Positions 36,084-48,000 of a stretch of DNA of 64,000 nucleotides are shown here, in pieces (position 1 is the first letter of the stretch; the number at the start of each line of letters is the position of its first letter). A model generated the notes under the pieces. The model was not told the origin of the DNA. It did not search any database and saw nothing but the letters and a program-made list of their open reading frames with translations. Origin of the DNA: Scenedesmus sp. PABB004 (taxonomy: Eukaryota). The position numbers and the translations under genes were made by a program. The stretch is taken from contig JABVCE010000009.1 in the NCBI GenBank assembly GCA_014905635.1, positions 558,001 to 622,000 of the forward strand, given 5' to 3'.

Positions 36084-37915
36084 CTACACGTCGACGGCGG
36101 CGCCGCCGGGCGCGCCCTGCATGGCCGCGAGGTCGTGCAGGCTGCCCAGCAGCGCGGCGGCCTCCAGCTCCTGCGCGTCCGCGTCGGCCGGCAGGCCCGC
36201 GTCCGCGCCGCCGCCGCCGCCGCACGCGCCCTCGGCCTTGACGCCGCGCGGCGGCGCGGCCGCGGCGGCGGCCGCCTGCGCGGCCTGCGCCGCCGCGGCG
36301 ACCGCGGCCTGCGCGGCGCGCGCCATGAGCGCGTGCTGGCCGTCGAGGTCGCTCACGTACGCGTGCAGCGCGCGCGCCGCGCCGACCGCCGACGCGGCCG
36401 CCGCCTCGGCCGCGGCGCGCTTCTCGCGCAGGATGCGGTCGACCGCCGCGACCGCCGCGTCGGCGGCCGCTGCGCCGCGCTGCGCCTCGGCGAGCGTCTC
36501 GTTCAGGCGGACGACCTCGAGCAGCTGCGCCGGCGCGACGTGCGCGGCGAGCACCGGCATGCCGGGGCCCATGAGGTACAGCAGGTCCTCGTCCTTGAGC
36601 GGCGACGCCCGCGGGCCGCGCGCGCCCGCGGCCATGCTCAGCAGGCCCGCCGCCGCGTCGGCGTCGTCGGCGTCGTCGTCGCCGGGGCTCGCGCCGGGCG
36701 CGCCGGCGCGGCGCGGCGCGCTGCTGCTGCTGCGCAGGCCCGCCGCGCCGTCGCCGCCGCCGCCCTGCGGCAGGCCGAACGCGGCGAGCAGCTCCTGCTG
36801 CGCCGCCGCGAGCGCGGCGGCGTCGCCGTCGCCGCTGGCGGCGAGCGCCGCGAGGCGCGCGTTGGCGTTCGCCGCGGCCGCGGCGCGCGCGAGCTGCTGC
36901 TGCGCGCGCGCCGCGCGCCGCGCCGCCGCGGCCGCCGCGCTCGCGGGCGGGCGGCCCGCGTCGTCGCCCTCGTGGTCGTTCGGGCTCCAGCTGATCTCCT
37001 CGCCCGAGTCGGTCGGGTTGCTCTCGCCGCCGAGGCTGCCCTTGGCCATCGCCGCGAGCGCCGCCTGCACCGCGGCCGGCAGCGAGAGCGGCGCGGCCGC
37101 CGCCGCGGCGGCGGCCTGCTGGTACTCCGCCAGCAGCAGCTCGTGCGCCGCGGGGTGCGACACGAGGCCGGCGTCGCCGGCGGCGGCGCCGGCGCCGCGG
37201 CCGGCGCCGCGGCCGGCCCCGCCGCCGCGCCGCCCGCGGCCGCCGCCGCGCGCCGCGCGCTTGGCGGGCGCGCGGGCGGGCGGCTCGACGCCGCGGCCGC
37301 TGCCGAGCAGCTGCAGCGTGGCGGCGAGCTCCATCGAGTCCGAGCGCGCCGCCGGCTGCCGGACCGGGCCGCCCTTCTTGCCGTGCGCCGCGCCGCGGCC
37401 GCCCTGCTGCATCGCCTTGAGCGCGCGCACGCGCTTGACGCCTGCGCGCGGCGCGTGCGCGACGGCGTGGTCAGATCGGCGGCGGCGCGCGCGGCGCGAG
37501 CTATTGGCCGCCTCCTTGCGGCGCGACCCCGACCCCCGGCCCCGGCCGCGCACCGCAGGCGTTGCAGAGGGTCTTGGGGCCGAGCGGGCCCTCGCGCCAC
37601 TGCGGCGTGCTGCGGGCGCGGGCGCGGCGGCGGCGGCGTCGTCGGCGCGCCGCGCAGGCACGGCACGGACGCGCCTGGCCGCCGTCCCCGCCCTCCCCTC
37701 CCCCCCCCCCTCCCCCCCCCGCAAGCTCACCGCGTGGTGCCGCACTGCATGCACATCTTGATCTTGCCGGGCAGGCCCGCGTCGAGCGGCGCGTGCGCCA
37801 CGCGCGCGGACGCGCAGCCGCGGCCGCCGCCGCGCCCGGCGGCGCCGTAGCCGCCGCCGGCGCCGGCCTCCAGGGCGCCCGCGTGGGCCTGCAGGTCACT
37901 GTAGCTGCGCTTCAT
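36084..37915 (-). CDS. GATA-type zinc-finger transcription factor (3 exons)
   Basis: Start MKRSYSDL. The finger CMQCGTTR|TPQWREGPLGPKTLCNACG|VKRVR (C-x2-C-x18-C-x2-C) is assembled across two GT-AG introns. TAG at 36084. Confidence 0.92.
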
Positions 37916-38265
37916 GCCGGGCGCGACCGCCTGCGCGCGAGGGGGCGCAGCAGATCGTGATCCCGCGTCGCCGCGCCGCCGCCAGCGCGCCGACGCCGTC
38001 CGCGGGCGCCCTCCCGGCCAGCGGGCACGACGACCGCCCCGCGGCGCGGCCCTCGGAGCCGCCGCGTCGCCGCGCCGGGTGGCGGGCGCGCCCCGCCCCA
38101 GATTGCGCTTTGCCGCTCCGGCGCGGCGCGGGCGAGGAGCCGCCGCGCCGCCCCCGCCCCGCCCGCCCGGCGGTCCCGGCTGTCCTCCCCGCGGCGCGGC
38201 GGGCGGCCCCGGCGTGGCGCCAGGCAATTGGCCGGCCCCGCGCGACAGCGCCCGCCCCCCCCCCC

Positions 38266-38895
38266 CCCCGCGCCTCCCCCGCCCGCGCCGCCCGCACCTG
38301 GCGCCGGCGTGGCGTCTCGTGGGGCGGCGGCTCGCGCGCGGGCGGTCCGCTAGCCGGGCTGGGCGTGTGTTGGTGCGCGGCTGGGCTGGCTCATGGGGGC
38401 CGCAGGTCGCGGGCGGGCCGAGCGCGCGAGAAAACTGGGCGCGGCACCGCCCGCTGGGCGGCAGGGTCGGGGGGCCGCGCGCCGAGAACCGCAGCTCAAG
38501 GACCGGCTCGTTCGCGGGCGCGGGTGCAGACGGCGGCAGCGTCGCGGGCCCGGCTGGCCCTGCGTCCCGGCAAGCGCGGCGCGGCGGGTGCGGTGCCGCG
38601 CTGGGCGCCAGCGCGGCAGGCAATTGCGGGCGCGCCGCGGGCGCTGCGCGGCCGCGGCGCAGCTCGTAAGCTCCGACGCGACACGAGGGCGCGCCGCACG
38701 ATGGGCGAGCGAGCTGCGCGGCCCGCGGCGGCGGGGCGACCGGCGGCCGGCGGCGGGAGCAGACGCCGCAGCCCGCAGGGGCGCTCACTGGTAGCTTGGA
38801 AGGCCGCAGCCGGGCGGCGCCGCGCGCTGCTGGCCGGCCGCGCGCGCGGCGCGCGGGCAGTCCGCACGCAGAGCACGCCCTTGGCGAGCTTGCAC
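38266..38895 (-). repeat. Long inverted repeat, right arm (partner 34102-34752), upstream of the GATA start
   Basis: The core (~560 bp) differs from the left arm by a few substitutions plus 12-bp and 3-bp indels. The outer ~70 bp are more diverged. Confidence 0.95.
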
Positions 38896-39717
38896 CGGCG
38901 CCCCAGTCGGCCCCAGGCCCGCCGCACCCGACCTCTCCCCGGCCTCTCCGGTGCGCGCGTGATCGGCAGTGCGCCCGCCCCCAACCCCTCAGAGCGCGCC
39001 CAGCCGGCCGCCCGCTCTCCAGCGCTGACGCGCAACCGGCATCGCTGCGCATGCCGTGCCGCCCCGCCGCCGCTGTCGACAAGAAAACACAAAACTGCAG
39101 TCAGTCACGCGTGGCGGGCTGGCTGGCTGATCATGACCGCCCCCCTGCACACCGCCATCTCCCACCCGCGCAGCGCCGCGCGCGGCGCGGGGTGCAAGCA
39201 GCACCCCCGCCTGCTTGGCCGGGCGGTGCCGCGCTGCGCCGCCCCGCGACGGGTGTGCCGCGAGGCGCGGCGCCGCCGGGCGTGCAGCAAGGCGCGCCTG
39301 GCGCGCTGCTGCTGCCCGCCACGTGTGCGCCACCAGCCACACACCTCTCCACGTGCCTGATCAGTGCGGAATCGTGTGGGGGGAGGGCCGCAAGGGAATC
39401 GCGGTCGGCAGCGCGGCACGGCCGCGGCGGGCCGCGCCCGCCGCAGTGGGCCGGACGCCGGGCGCCGCGCCGCTGCAGGCGCGCAACGCGCGCGCGCGCG
39501 CGGGCCTCGCACAGCGCGCGTGGAGGGGACAACGAGCGAGGTCCAGTGCCAGCTGCAGTGCGACAGAGCTGTGGAGCCGCTGCGGAAGTGCTGCCGCCCA
39601 GGTCCAGCCCAGTGCGCGCGCCGCGGCCGAGCTGCCGCGGACCGCAATGTGCCGCATGCGCCCGGCTCCGCCACAAACTCACTTGGGCGCCGCGGGCTGC
39701 TGCGGCTGCGCCGCGAC

Positions 39718-41681
39718 TCAGGCCGCGACCAACTGCGGCTCCTCGACAGCCGCGGGCTCCCCCGCCGCGGCGCCCGGCTCGCCGGCTGCCGCTGCCGGCG
39801 CCTCCGCCGCCGCCGTCGACGCCTCCTCCGCTGCAGCCGCGGCTGCCGGCGGCGCCGCCCCGTCGGGCTGCGGCGCGGCCGCCAGAGCCGGCTCCGGCGC
39901 CGCGGCAGGCTCAGCTGCTGGCTCAGCTCCCGTCGCGTCTGTGTGCTCGGAAGCTGGCAGCACCTCCGCTGTCGGCGCCTCCGCCAGCGGCGCCTCTGCC
40001 GGCGGTGCCGCGGCGACGTCCCCTGCCCCTGCCACCGCGCCGCCAGCGCTGCCGCCCGCCGCGCCCTCCTCCTGCTCGCCGTCGGCGGGCGGCGGCGCCT
40101 GCTGCGCGCCACCGCCCTCCTGCGCCGCCACAGCGGCGGCCGCCGCGCCGGCGGCGCCGCCGCCGCCGCCGCCGGCGTCGCCCGCCGCGGTCTCGCGCGC
40201 GGCCTGGCGCCGGCGCTGCGAACGGTCCTTGTCCTCGCGGTCGCCGCGCACGGGGGTCTTGCTCGGCGACACGCGCAGCGGCAGCGCGCCGAGCAGCGCG
40301 CCGCTGCAGTTGAGCGCCGCCATCGCCGCCTCGGCCTGAATGAATTCGATGAACGCGATGCGCGTCGAGTGCGCGAGGTCGCCCAGCAGCCGGATCTTGC
40401 CGACCTTGCCTGCGCGGCGGAGGCAAGAGGGAGAGGCGGGCGCGGGTGGGCGCGCGGCCGGGCGCGCGGGCGCGCGTCTGCCGCGTCTGCTGCACCGCAG
40501 GGCGCCGCTGCGCGGGCGCCTCCGCACCGCAGAGCTGCTCGAAGAAGTTGCGCACGTCCTCGCGCTCCACCTTCTTGTCGATGTTGGCCACGTACACGGT
40601 GCGGCTGCAGCGCTCGAGCTCCTCGTGGCTGCGCCGCGCGGCGGGCGCGGCGGGCGGCCCGCTCGCGCTCGCGCCACGCCCGCCGCGCCGCGCCGCTGCG
40701 GGCTGGACGCGCCCGCCCGGGCCCGGGCCCGCGCCGCGCCCTCCGCGCCGCCGCGTGCGCCACGCGCTGCCACGCGCGCTCACCTGCGGGGCATGAGCTC
40801 CTTGTTGACCGGGACGATCGCCGTCTTGCTCGGCAGCACGCGCAGCTGGCTCGTGCCCAGCACACTCCCCGTCTTGCCGAGCGCCTGGCGGCGCGGGGCG
40901 AGCGCGGCGCGGCGGGTCGGGCGGCCGGCCCCGCGGGGCGGGGCGGGGCGGCGCCCGCGCTGCGGCCGCCGCGCGCGCACCTCTGCCGCGCCGGCCTCCT
41001 CCAGGAACTCGATGAACGCGAAGCGCATCGCGCTGTTGGGGTCGCCGCAGATGCGGCAGTCCATCACGGTGCCGCAGTCGGCGAAGAACGTGGCGAGGGA
41101 CTCCTCGGTGACCTGCGGCGCCGTGCGCGCGCGGGCGGGGGCGCGGCGGCGGTCGCGCGCGGGCCCGCGGCGGCGCGCGCGGCGGCGGTGCGCAGCGTGG
41201 CCCGCGCCCCGCCGCGGCGCGCGGCGCGCGCCTGCTGGTCGATGTAGCTGATATACACCGTGCGCTTGACGTTCTCCTCCAGCCCCCGCTGCACCTTGCG
41301 CCGCGGCGGCGCGCCGCCGGCGCCGCCGCGCTGCTGCTGCCCCGGCGGCGGCCCGCCGCGGCCGTCCATCGGCCCGCCGCCGCCGCGCGGCCCGCCGCCG
41401 CCGGCCATGAGGCCCGGCGGCGGCATGCCGCCGCCGTGCATGTGCGGCGGCATCAGCGGCGCGCCGCCGGGGCCGCGCACGGCGTAGCCGTACGGCGGCG
41501 GGGCGCCGTAGCCGACCAGCGGCTGGCCGGGCCCCAGCGCCATGCCCTGCACGCCCGCCGCGAGGGCCTGGGGGTCTGGGTAGCCCTGCATCGGCGGCCA
41601 CGGCAGCATGCCGTAGCCGGGCGCCGGCGCCCAGCCCCCGCCGGGCGCGCCCTGCTGCCCCGGATACGCGGGGTACTGCAT
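39718..41681 (-). CDS. Two-RRM RNA-binding protein of the CID8-CID13 (PABP-interacting) family
   Basis: RTVYISYIDQQVTEESLATFF..DCRICGDPNSAMRFAFIEF..LRVLPSKTAIVPVN..RTVYVANIDKKV..IRLLGD..STRIAFIEF..ALNCSGALLGALPLRVSPSKTP. Confidence 0.92.
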
Positions 41682-42076
41682 CGCGCCGGGCCTGCTCTCA
41701 CGCGGCCCGGGCGGCTCCCGCTGGTGCTGCCAGGCGATGCGCGCGGCGCGGGCGCCTCGGGGCCAATGCGCGCCGCCCCAGGCAAGCCGAGGCTGGCAGC
41801 GACCGCCCCGAGCGGCCGCCGGAAAGCGCGGCGCCCAGAAGCCTCTGCTGCTGCTGCGCGAGCGCGGCTGCTGCTGCCGATCAGCGAGCGTGCGTTCCCG
41901 GCGATGACGTCGGAAGGAGAGATGCGTGTGGCGATGGCGGGCGCGGGCGGGCGGGCCGGCGAGCGGCGGCGGCAGGCCGGCGGGCGCGGCGTGCGCTTCC
42001 GCCGCCGACGCGAGTTCACCGCCGCAGATCACGGCCCTTGCACCACATCGATCGCCAACGCCCGCCAACTCAATCC

Positions 42077-45000
42077 CTAGAACGCCGCGTCCGCGGGCGT
42101 CGCGGGGCGCAGCGTGAGCGCGGCGGGGTCGTACGCAAAGCCGCACGCGAAGCGCAGCATGCGCCACCCGCTCCCGCCGCCGCTCCCGCCGCCGCCGCTG
42201 CCGCTGCCGCTGCCGCTGCCGCTGCCGCCGCCGTGCGGCGCGCACGCAAACGCGACTTCGCACGCGTCGAGCACGCCCGCGAGCGGCACGCGCTCCTCCC
42301 AGTGCCCACTGACAAAGACCTGGTCCTCCGGGAAGGGAAACATGGTCTCCGAGGGCCGGTAGAAGCGGCGGCCGCGGCCGAGCAGGCGCGGCACGCCGTC
42401 GACGGGCCGCTCCTCCCAGACCGACGCGAGCTGCACGACGCGCGGCGCGTCGTCGCCGGGCGCGGGCGCGAGCAGCACGGCGTCGCCCGGGCGCACGACG
42501 CGCGACACGGCGCCGCCGCCGGGCGCCGCGAGCGTGAGCACAAAGCCCGGGTGCGCGGTCCGGAACCCGGCCGCCGCGCGCGGCGACCCCGGCGCGGCGG
42601 CACCGCCGCTGCCGCCGCCGCGCCCGCCGCCGCTGCCGCCGCCGTCGCCGCCGCCGCCCGGCAGCCAGCGGATGCTGACCGGGCGCAGCACGCCGCCGTG
42701 CGACGCCGCGCCGCGCGGGCTCAGCGGCGGCAGCGGGTGCTCCACGCCCTGCTGTGCCTCCAGCCGCGCCGGGCGCGCGCGGGGCGGCGTCTGCTGCGGC
42801 TCCGCCGACAGCCGCAGCCGCTTGCCGCCCTGCGCCGCGCCGCCCGGCTGCTGCCCCGTCGCCGCCGCGGGCGCCGGCTTGCGGCGCTTGGCGCCCCGCG
42901 CCTCGCCCTGCTCCGCCTCCTGCTCCAGCTCCGCGCGCGCGCGCCGCCGGCCGCCCGAGGCCGCGGCCGCGTCCGCGGCGCCGCGCGCGGCGGCCTCGCG
43001 CTCCTCCGCGCCGCGCCGCGCGTCGGCCAGCGCGGTCGCCTGGCGCGCGCCGAGCGCCGCGCCGAGGCGCTCGTCCTCCCAGCTGCCGGCCAGCACCGCG
43101 CGCACCACGGCGTCCACGTCGACCACCGGCACGCGCAGCCGCCGCGCCGCGCGGCGCAGCGCGGTCAGCTCGCGCTCGTGCCGCCCGCCGTCGCCGTCGG
43201 GCGCGTCCGCGGCGCCGGGCGCCGCCGGCGGCGGCTCGGCGTTCAGCACCACCAGGTCTGCGCCGCAGCCGGCGCCGCCGGCGCCGCCCGGCCCCTGCTG
43301 CCCCGGCGGCGCCTCGAGCTCCGCCACGACCTCTGCGCCCGCGTGCGCGAGCACCTCGCCAAACACGCGCCGCCACGCGGCGTGGCCGTGCGGCAGCACG
43401 CGCACGCCGGCGAGCAGCCGCGCGGCCGGCTCCGCCGCGAGCGCCGCGTTGCCGGGGCGCAGCAGGTAGCCCTGCGCCGCGGCCGCGGCCGCCGCGGCCG
43501 CGCCGGGCGACTGCAGGTGCGCGCGGCGCAGCGCGGGCGCGCGCGCGGGCGCCGCGCCGGGGCTGAGCAGCCGGCCCGCCGCCGCGCACGCGTGCACCCA
43601 CGCCGCAGAGTACACGGGCACGCCCGTCGCCGCAGCGAAGAGGTACTTGGTGGTGTTGCGCTCGACGTCGGCGACCAGCACGTCCGCGCCGCCGCCGGCG
43701 CCGCCGCCGGCGCCGCCGCCGCCACGCGCCGCGGGCGAGCGCGGCGCGGGCGCGGGCGCGTCGGCGAGCAGGCGGCCGCCCAGGAGCTTGATGATGCGGG
43801 CCAGGCGGTTGCGCTCCGCGGTGTTGGGGAAGCCGGTGAGCAGGAATCGCAGCCCCTCAAACGGCCCCGCCGCGCCGTCGCCGCCGCCGCCCGCCGCCGC
43901 CGGCGTCGCCGCGAGGCCGGCGGAGCCGGGCGACCGCGCGGGCGAGGCGCCGCGCCGCGCGGGCGCCGGCGGCGTCGTCACGCGCGCGGGGCGCCGCTGC
44001 GCCAGCGCCGCGGCCGCCGCGGCGACGGGCGACGCGCCGCCGCAGCTGCTGCTGCCGCCGGAGGCGCGCCGCTCCCGCAGCTGCAGCTCCCGCTCCGCCC
44101 GCTGCTGCTCCGCAGGCTGCTCCGCCGCGCGGGCGCGGCACTCGCCGCAGCCGCCGCTGCGGAAGCGGCACTTGGAGCAGCCGAGCTTCATAGCCTTGGC
44201 CACCAGCGCCGCCGCGCCACCGCCGCTGCCCCGGCGGCGCCCCGCCCGGCGCTGCCGGCGGCGAGCTCCGCGTCCGAGTCCGCGTCGTCGGCGTGCGCCG
44301 CGGCCGCGCCAGGCGCGCCCCTGCGCCGCCGCGACGCGGGAGCGGGGCTGGTCGTGCCGCCCGCGCCCACCTCGGCGCGGGCCGGGCCCGCCGCGGCGGC
44401 GGACCGGCGCCGGCCGTCCGCGAGCGCCGCGTGCAGCGCAACCGCCGCCGCGGCCGCGCCCGCCGCGGCTGCCTCGGCCGCGCTGTCCCGCTCCGCCGCC
44501 ACCTGCTCACGCGTCAGCGGCGGCGAGCGCGCCCGCCCGCCGCTGCCAGAGTAGCGCGCCGCGGCCGCCTGTGCCGCCGCGGTCTCGGCGGCGGCCGCGG
44601 CGGCCGCCGCGCCGCTGCCCGCCGCCAGCTCGCCGCGGCTGCCCGGCGGCGGGCGCTGCCTGGGGCTGGCGCCCGCCGCCGCGTGGCCGCCCCGGGGCGG
44701 CGTCGACGCGGCCAGCGGAATCTGGCTCCCAAAGCCGCCGACGCCGCCGCCGCCGCCGCCCAGCGCGGGGCTGCCGCTCGGCCGCCGGCCCGCTGCGGCT
44801 TGCGCGCGCGCCGAGGCCTGCGCCTGCAGGCGCGCCGCCTCCGCCTCCGCCACGCTGAGCCAGCCAGCCAGGCCTGCCATCTCGCGCGCGCCGCGCTTGC
44901 GCCCGCCGCCCCCGGCCGGCTCGCCGTGCTGCTGCGGCAGCGGCTGCAGCTGCAGCCCCTCCTCTGCCCCGAGCAGGCGCGGCGTGCACTCCAGCGGGCC

Positions 45001-48000
45001 CAGCGAGCCGACCTGGAACGAGAGGCTGCCCGCGAGCTCGGGCGGGGGCGGCGCCGCCGCGACGGCGCCACCGGGCGCGTGCTGCGACGCGTCCAGCCGC
45101 AGCGTGAGCCCCCCGTGCTCGCCGTCCTCCGACGCGCCCTCGCTGCCAGACAGCACAGGGTCCTCCTCCTCCTGCTCGCTGCTCGCCCGGCCGCGCCCGC
45201 CGCGCCGCGCCGCCGGCGGCGCTGCCCCGCCTCCTGCCCGTCCAGCTCGCCGGGCGAGCTCAGCCTGTGGGGCGGGGGGTGCCGAGGGCGTGAGTGAGGG
45301 TCAGAGAGGATGCATCCTCCTGCCGCCGCTGCCGCCGCCGCCGGCGCCGCGGCTGCTGCGGTGCCCCAGCACGCGCGCCCGACCCACCTGGCAGGCAGCT
45401 TGCGCGCGCGCTGCGGCCTGCCGCCGCTCCCCGCAGCGACGGCGTCGCCGGCGCCGCCCTCGCCGGGCGCACTGTCGCCGCCGCGCCGGCCGCGCGGCTT
45501 GGCCGAGGCCGCCGCCGCCTGGGCTGGCGCGTCGCCCGAGCGCGTGCTGCGCCAGCAGCCCTGCTCCAGCGGCGCGTGCGCTTGCTGCTCGCGGCGCTGG
45601 CGCTTGGCCGCCGGCTCGCCCGCCGGCGCCTGCTGCTCGTCGTCGCTGTCACTGTCGGCGATCACCTGCTGCCGCCGCCGCCAGCCGCCGCCGCTGCCCG
45701 TGCGGCCGCGCGCCGCGCGCACCTCCTGGCTCGCGTCCAGCAGCCCCGCCGCCTCCGGGCCGTCCTCGCCGGCCGGCCGGGCGCTGCCGTGCTGCAGGCT
45801 CGCGCGCCGCGCCGCGCCGCCGGAGCTGCCCTGGCTGTTGCCGTGGCAAAACTCAGCCGCCCACTGCCCCACAGCCGTCCAGGCGCCGCCCACGCCGGCC
45901 TCGCCCGCGTCGGGCGACAGCACCTGGCTGCCCGGGCCGGGCCCGCCGCGCCGCGCGCGGCCGCCCGACCCCGGCGCCGCGGGCGGCGGCGGCGGCTCGG
46001 CCGCCGCGCGGCCACGCTTGCTGCCGCCGCGCGCGGCGCCACTGGCGGCAGCGCCGGGCGGCGCCGGCGCGGCCGCCATCCAGTCTGGCATCGCTGCCGC
46101 CCCTGCCAGCTGGCCGCTCTGCGGGAACGCATAGGGGTCGGCCGCAGCCAGCGGCGGGCCGCCCGGCGGCACCGCCACGCTGCCCGCCGGCGGCGACGCA
46201 GAGGCGCGCCCCGCCGCCGGCGGCACGCCGTCGCCCGCGCCCGGGCTGGCGCCGGCGCCCTGCTGCGCCGCGCGGCGCCGCTCAAACTCGCGGCGCTGCG
46301 CCTCGCGCTGCTGCTCGCGCGCCAGCTTGCGCTCGGCCTCCGCTGCAGCCGCCGCCTGCTTGGCTGACTCGGCGGCGCTCAGGCGTGCGTGCAGCGCGCG
46401 GCGGCCGGCGCGCGAGCGGCTCTGCCGCGCCCTAAAGCCGTTGGGGTTGCGCTCGCCGCCGCTGCCGCCGCCGCCGCTGCGTCCGCCGCCGCCGCTGAGG
46501 CCGCCGGCGTCGCTGCCGCTGCCGGCGCCTGCCCTCGCGCCCGGCGGGCCAGCGCTGCCGTCGGCCGCCGCCGCCCCCAGGAGCGTGGGCGTGGGGCTGC
46601 GGCTGCTGCTGCGCCCGCGCACGTCCTGCGCCGGCGCCTTGGCCGCCGGCGGCGGCATCGCGCCCGGGCGCCCGGGCGCGGCGCTGGAGGGGGCGGCGGC
46701 TGCGGCGGCGCCGGCGCGCCGCGCACGCCGCCCGCGGGCCAGCGCGCAGCGCCGGGCAGCAGCTCCGGGTCCTGCGTAAAGTTGAGCTGCGAGGCCCCTG
46801 GCGCGCCGCGCTGCGTGCCCGACTCGGGGCGGCCCCAGCTGCCCAGTGACGCCTGCAGCTGGCCGCGCCTCGGCGCCACCGCCGCTGCGGGCGCCGCCGT
46901 TGCAGGGGCCGCCCCGCCGGCTGCGGGCGCCGCCGCCGGCGCACGCCGCTCCGGCAGCGCGCCCGCCGGCTGCTGCTCCCCGGACGACGGCTCCCCCGAG
47001 CTCGGCGTGGCCGCGGCGCCGACTGCCGCTGGCGCGCTGGCCGCGTGGGCGCGAGCTGCCCCTTTGGCGCGCCGGGCAGGGCTGGCCTTGCTGCGCGCGC
47101 CAGCCGCCGCCGCCGGCTCCTCTGCTGCACCACCAGCCGCCGCCGCCTCCGCCGCCGGCGCCGGCGGCTGCTGGGCCGCCGCCTCGCGCGCGCCGAGCGT
47201 GGCCGCGGTCGTGAGCGCGGGCGACGGCGTGCCGCCGCCGCCGGCCGACGCAAGGGGCCTGGCGGGAAACAGCTTCGGCGTGCCCTCCACGGCGCTGCGG
47301 CCACCGCTGGCGACGGCGCTGCCGCCCAGGCGGCCAAACACAAAGCTGCGCGGCGTCTCCTGCGACGACTGCGCTGCCGCCGCCAGCGCCACCGGCGTGC
47401 CGGCGACGCCGTCGCCGCCGCCGCTCGCCGGCGCTGGACCCGCCGGCGCCCGCGTGCCCTGCGCGACCTCGCCCGGCGTCTGCTGCTGCAGCGCCTCGTC
47501 GGTGGCCTGCGTCGTCTCAGCAGTCTCGCAGCTGTACACGCCGTGGCCGCCTGGTGCTGCGGCGAGGCCGCCCGGCGCCGCCGCGATCGCCGGCGGCGGC
47601 CCCGCCTGGCTGTGCGGCCCGGCCAGCGCCGAGGGGTGGGACGCCGGCACAAAGCTGGGCAGCGGGGCGGCGTCCGGCTCGGCCTGGGTCTCGAGGCGCA
47701 GCAGCAGTGCCAGCTCGCCCGCCTCCTGCGCTGCCTCCGCAGCCGCGGCCGCGTGCTGGGCGGCGTGCATGTCGGGCGCGGTCAGCAGCAGCTGCAGGCC
47801 GCCGTCGCTGTCCCCGCCATCGCTGTCCTCGCCGTCGCCGCCCGCCTGCTGCACGCCCGGCGCGTCGGCGGGCGACGGCGCGGCCGCCCGCGAGCAGACG
47901 ACGGCCGCGGCGGCAGGCTCGCCGCCGCCCGCGTCCGTGTCGTCAGCGCCCTCCCGGCGTCGCTGCTCCTGCGCCTCGCCCAGGCTGTTGCCGCCCGCTT

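Noticed and set aside
34102..38895. Autonomous DNA transposon
   Set aside because: No transposase-like ORF lies between the arms and there is no clear TSD. A non-autonomous origin remains possible.
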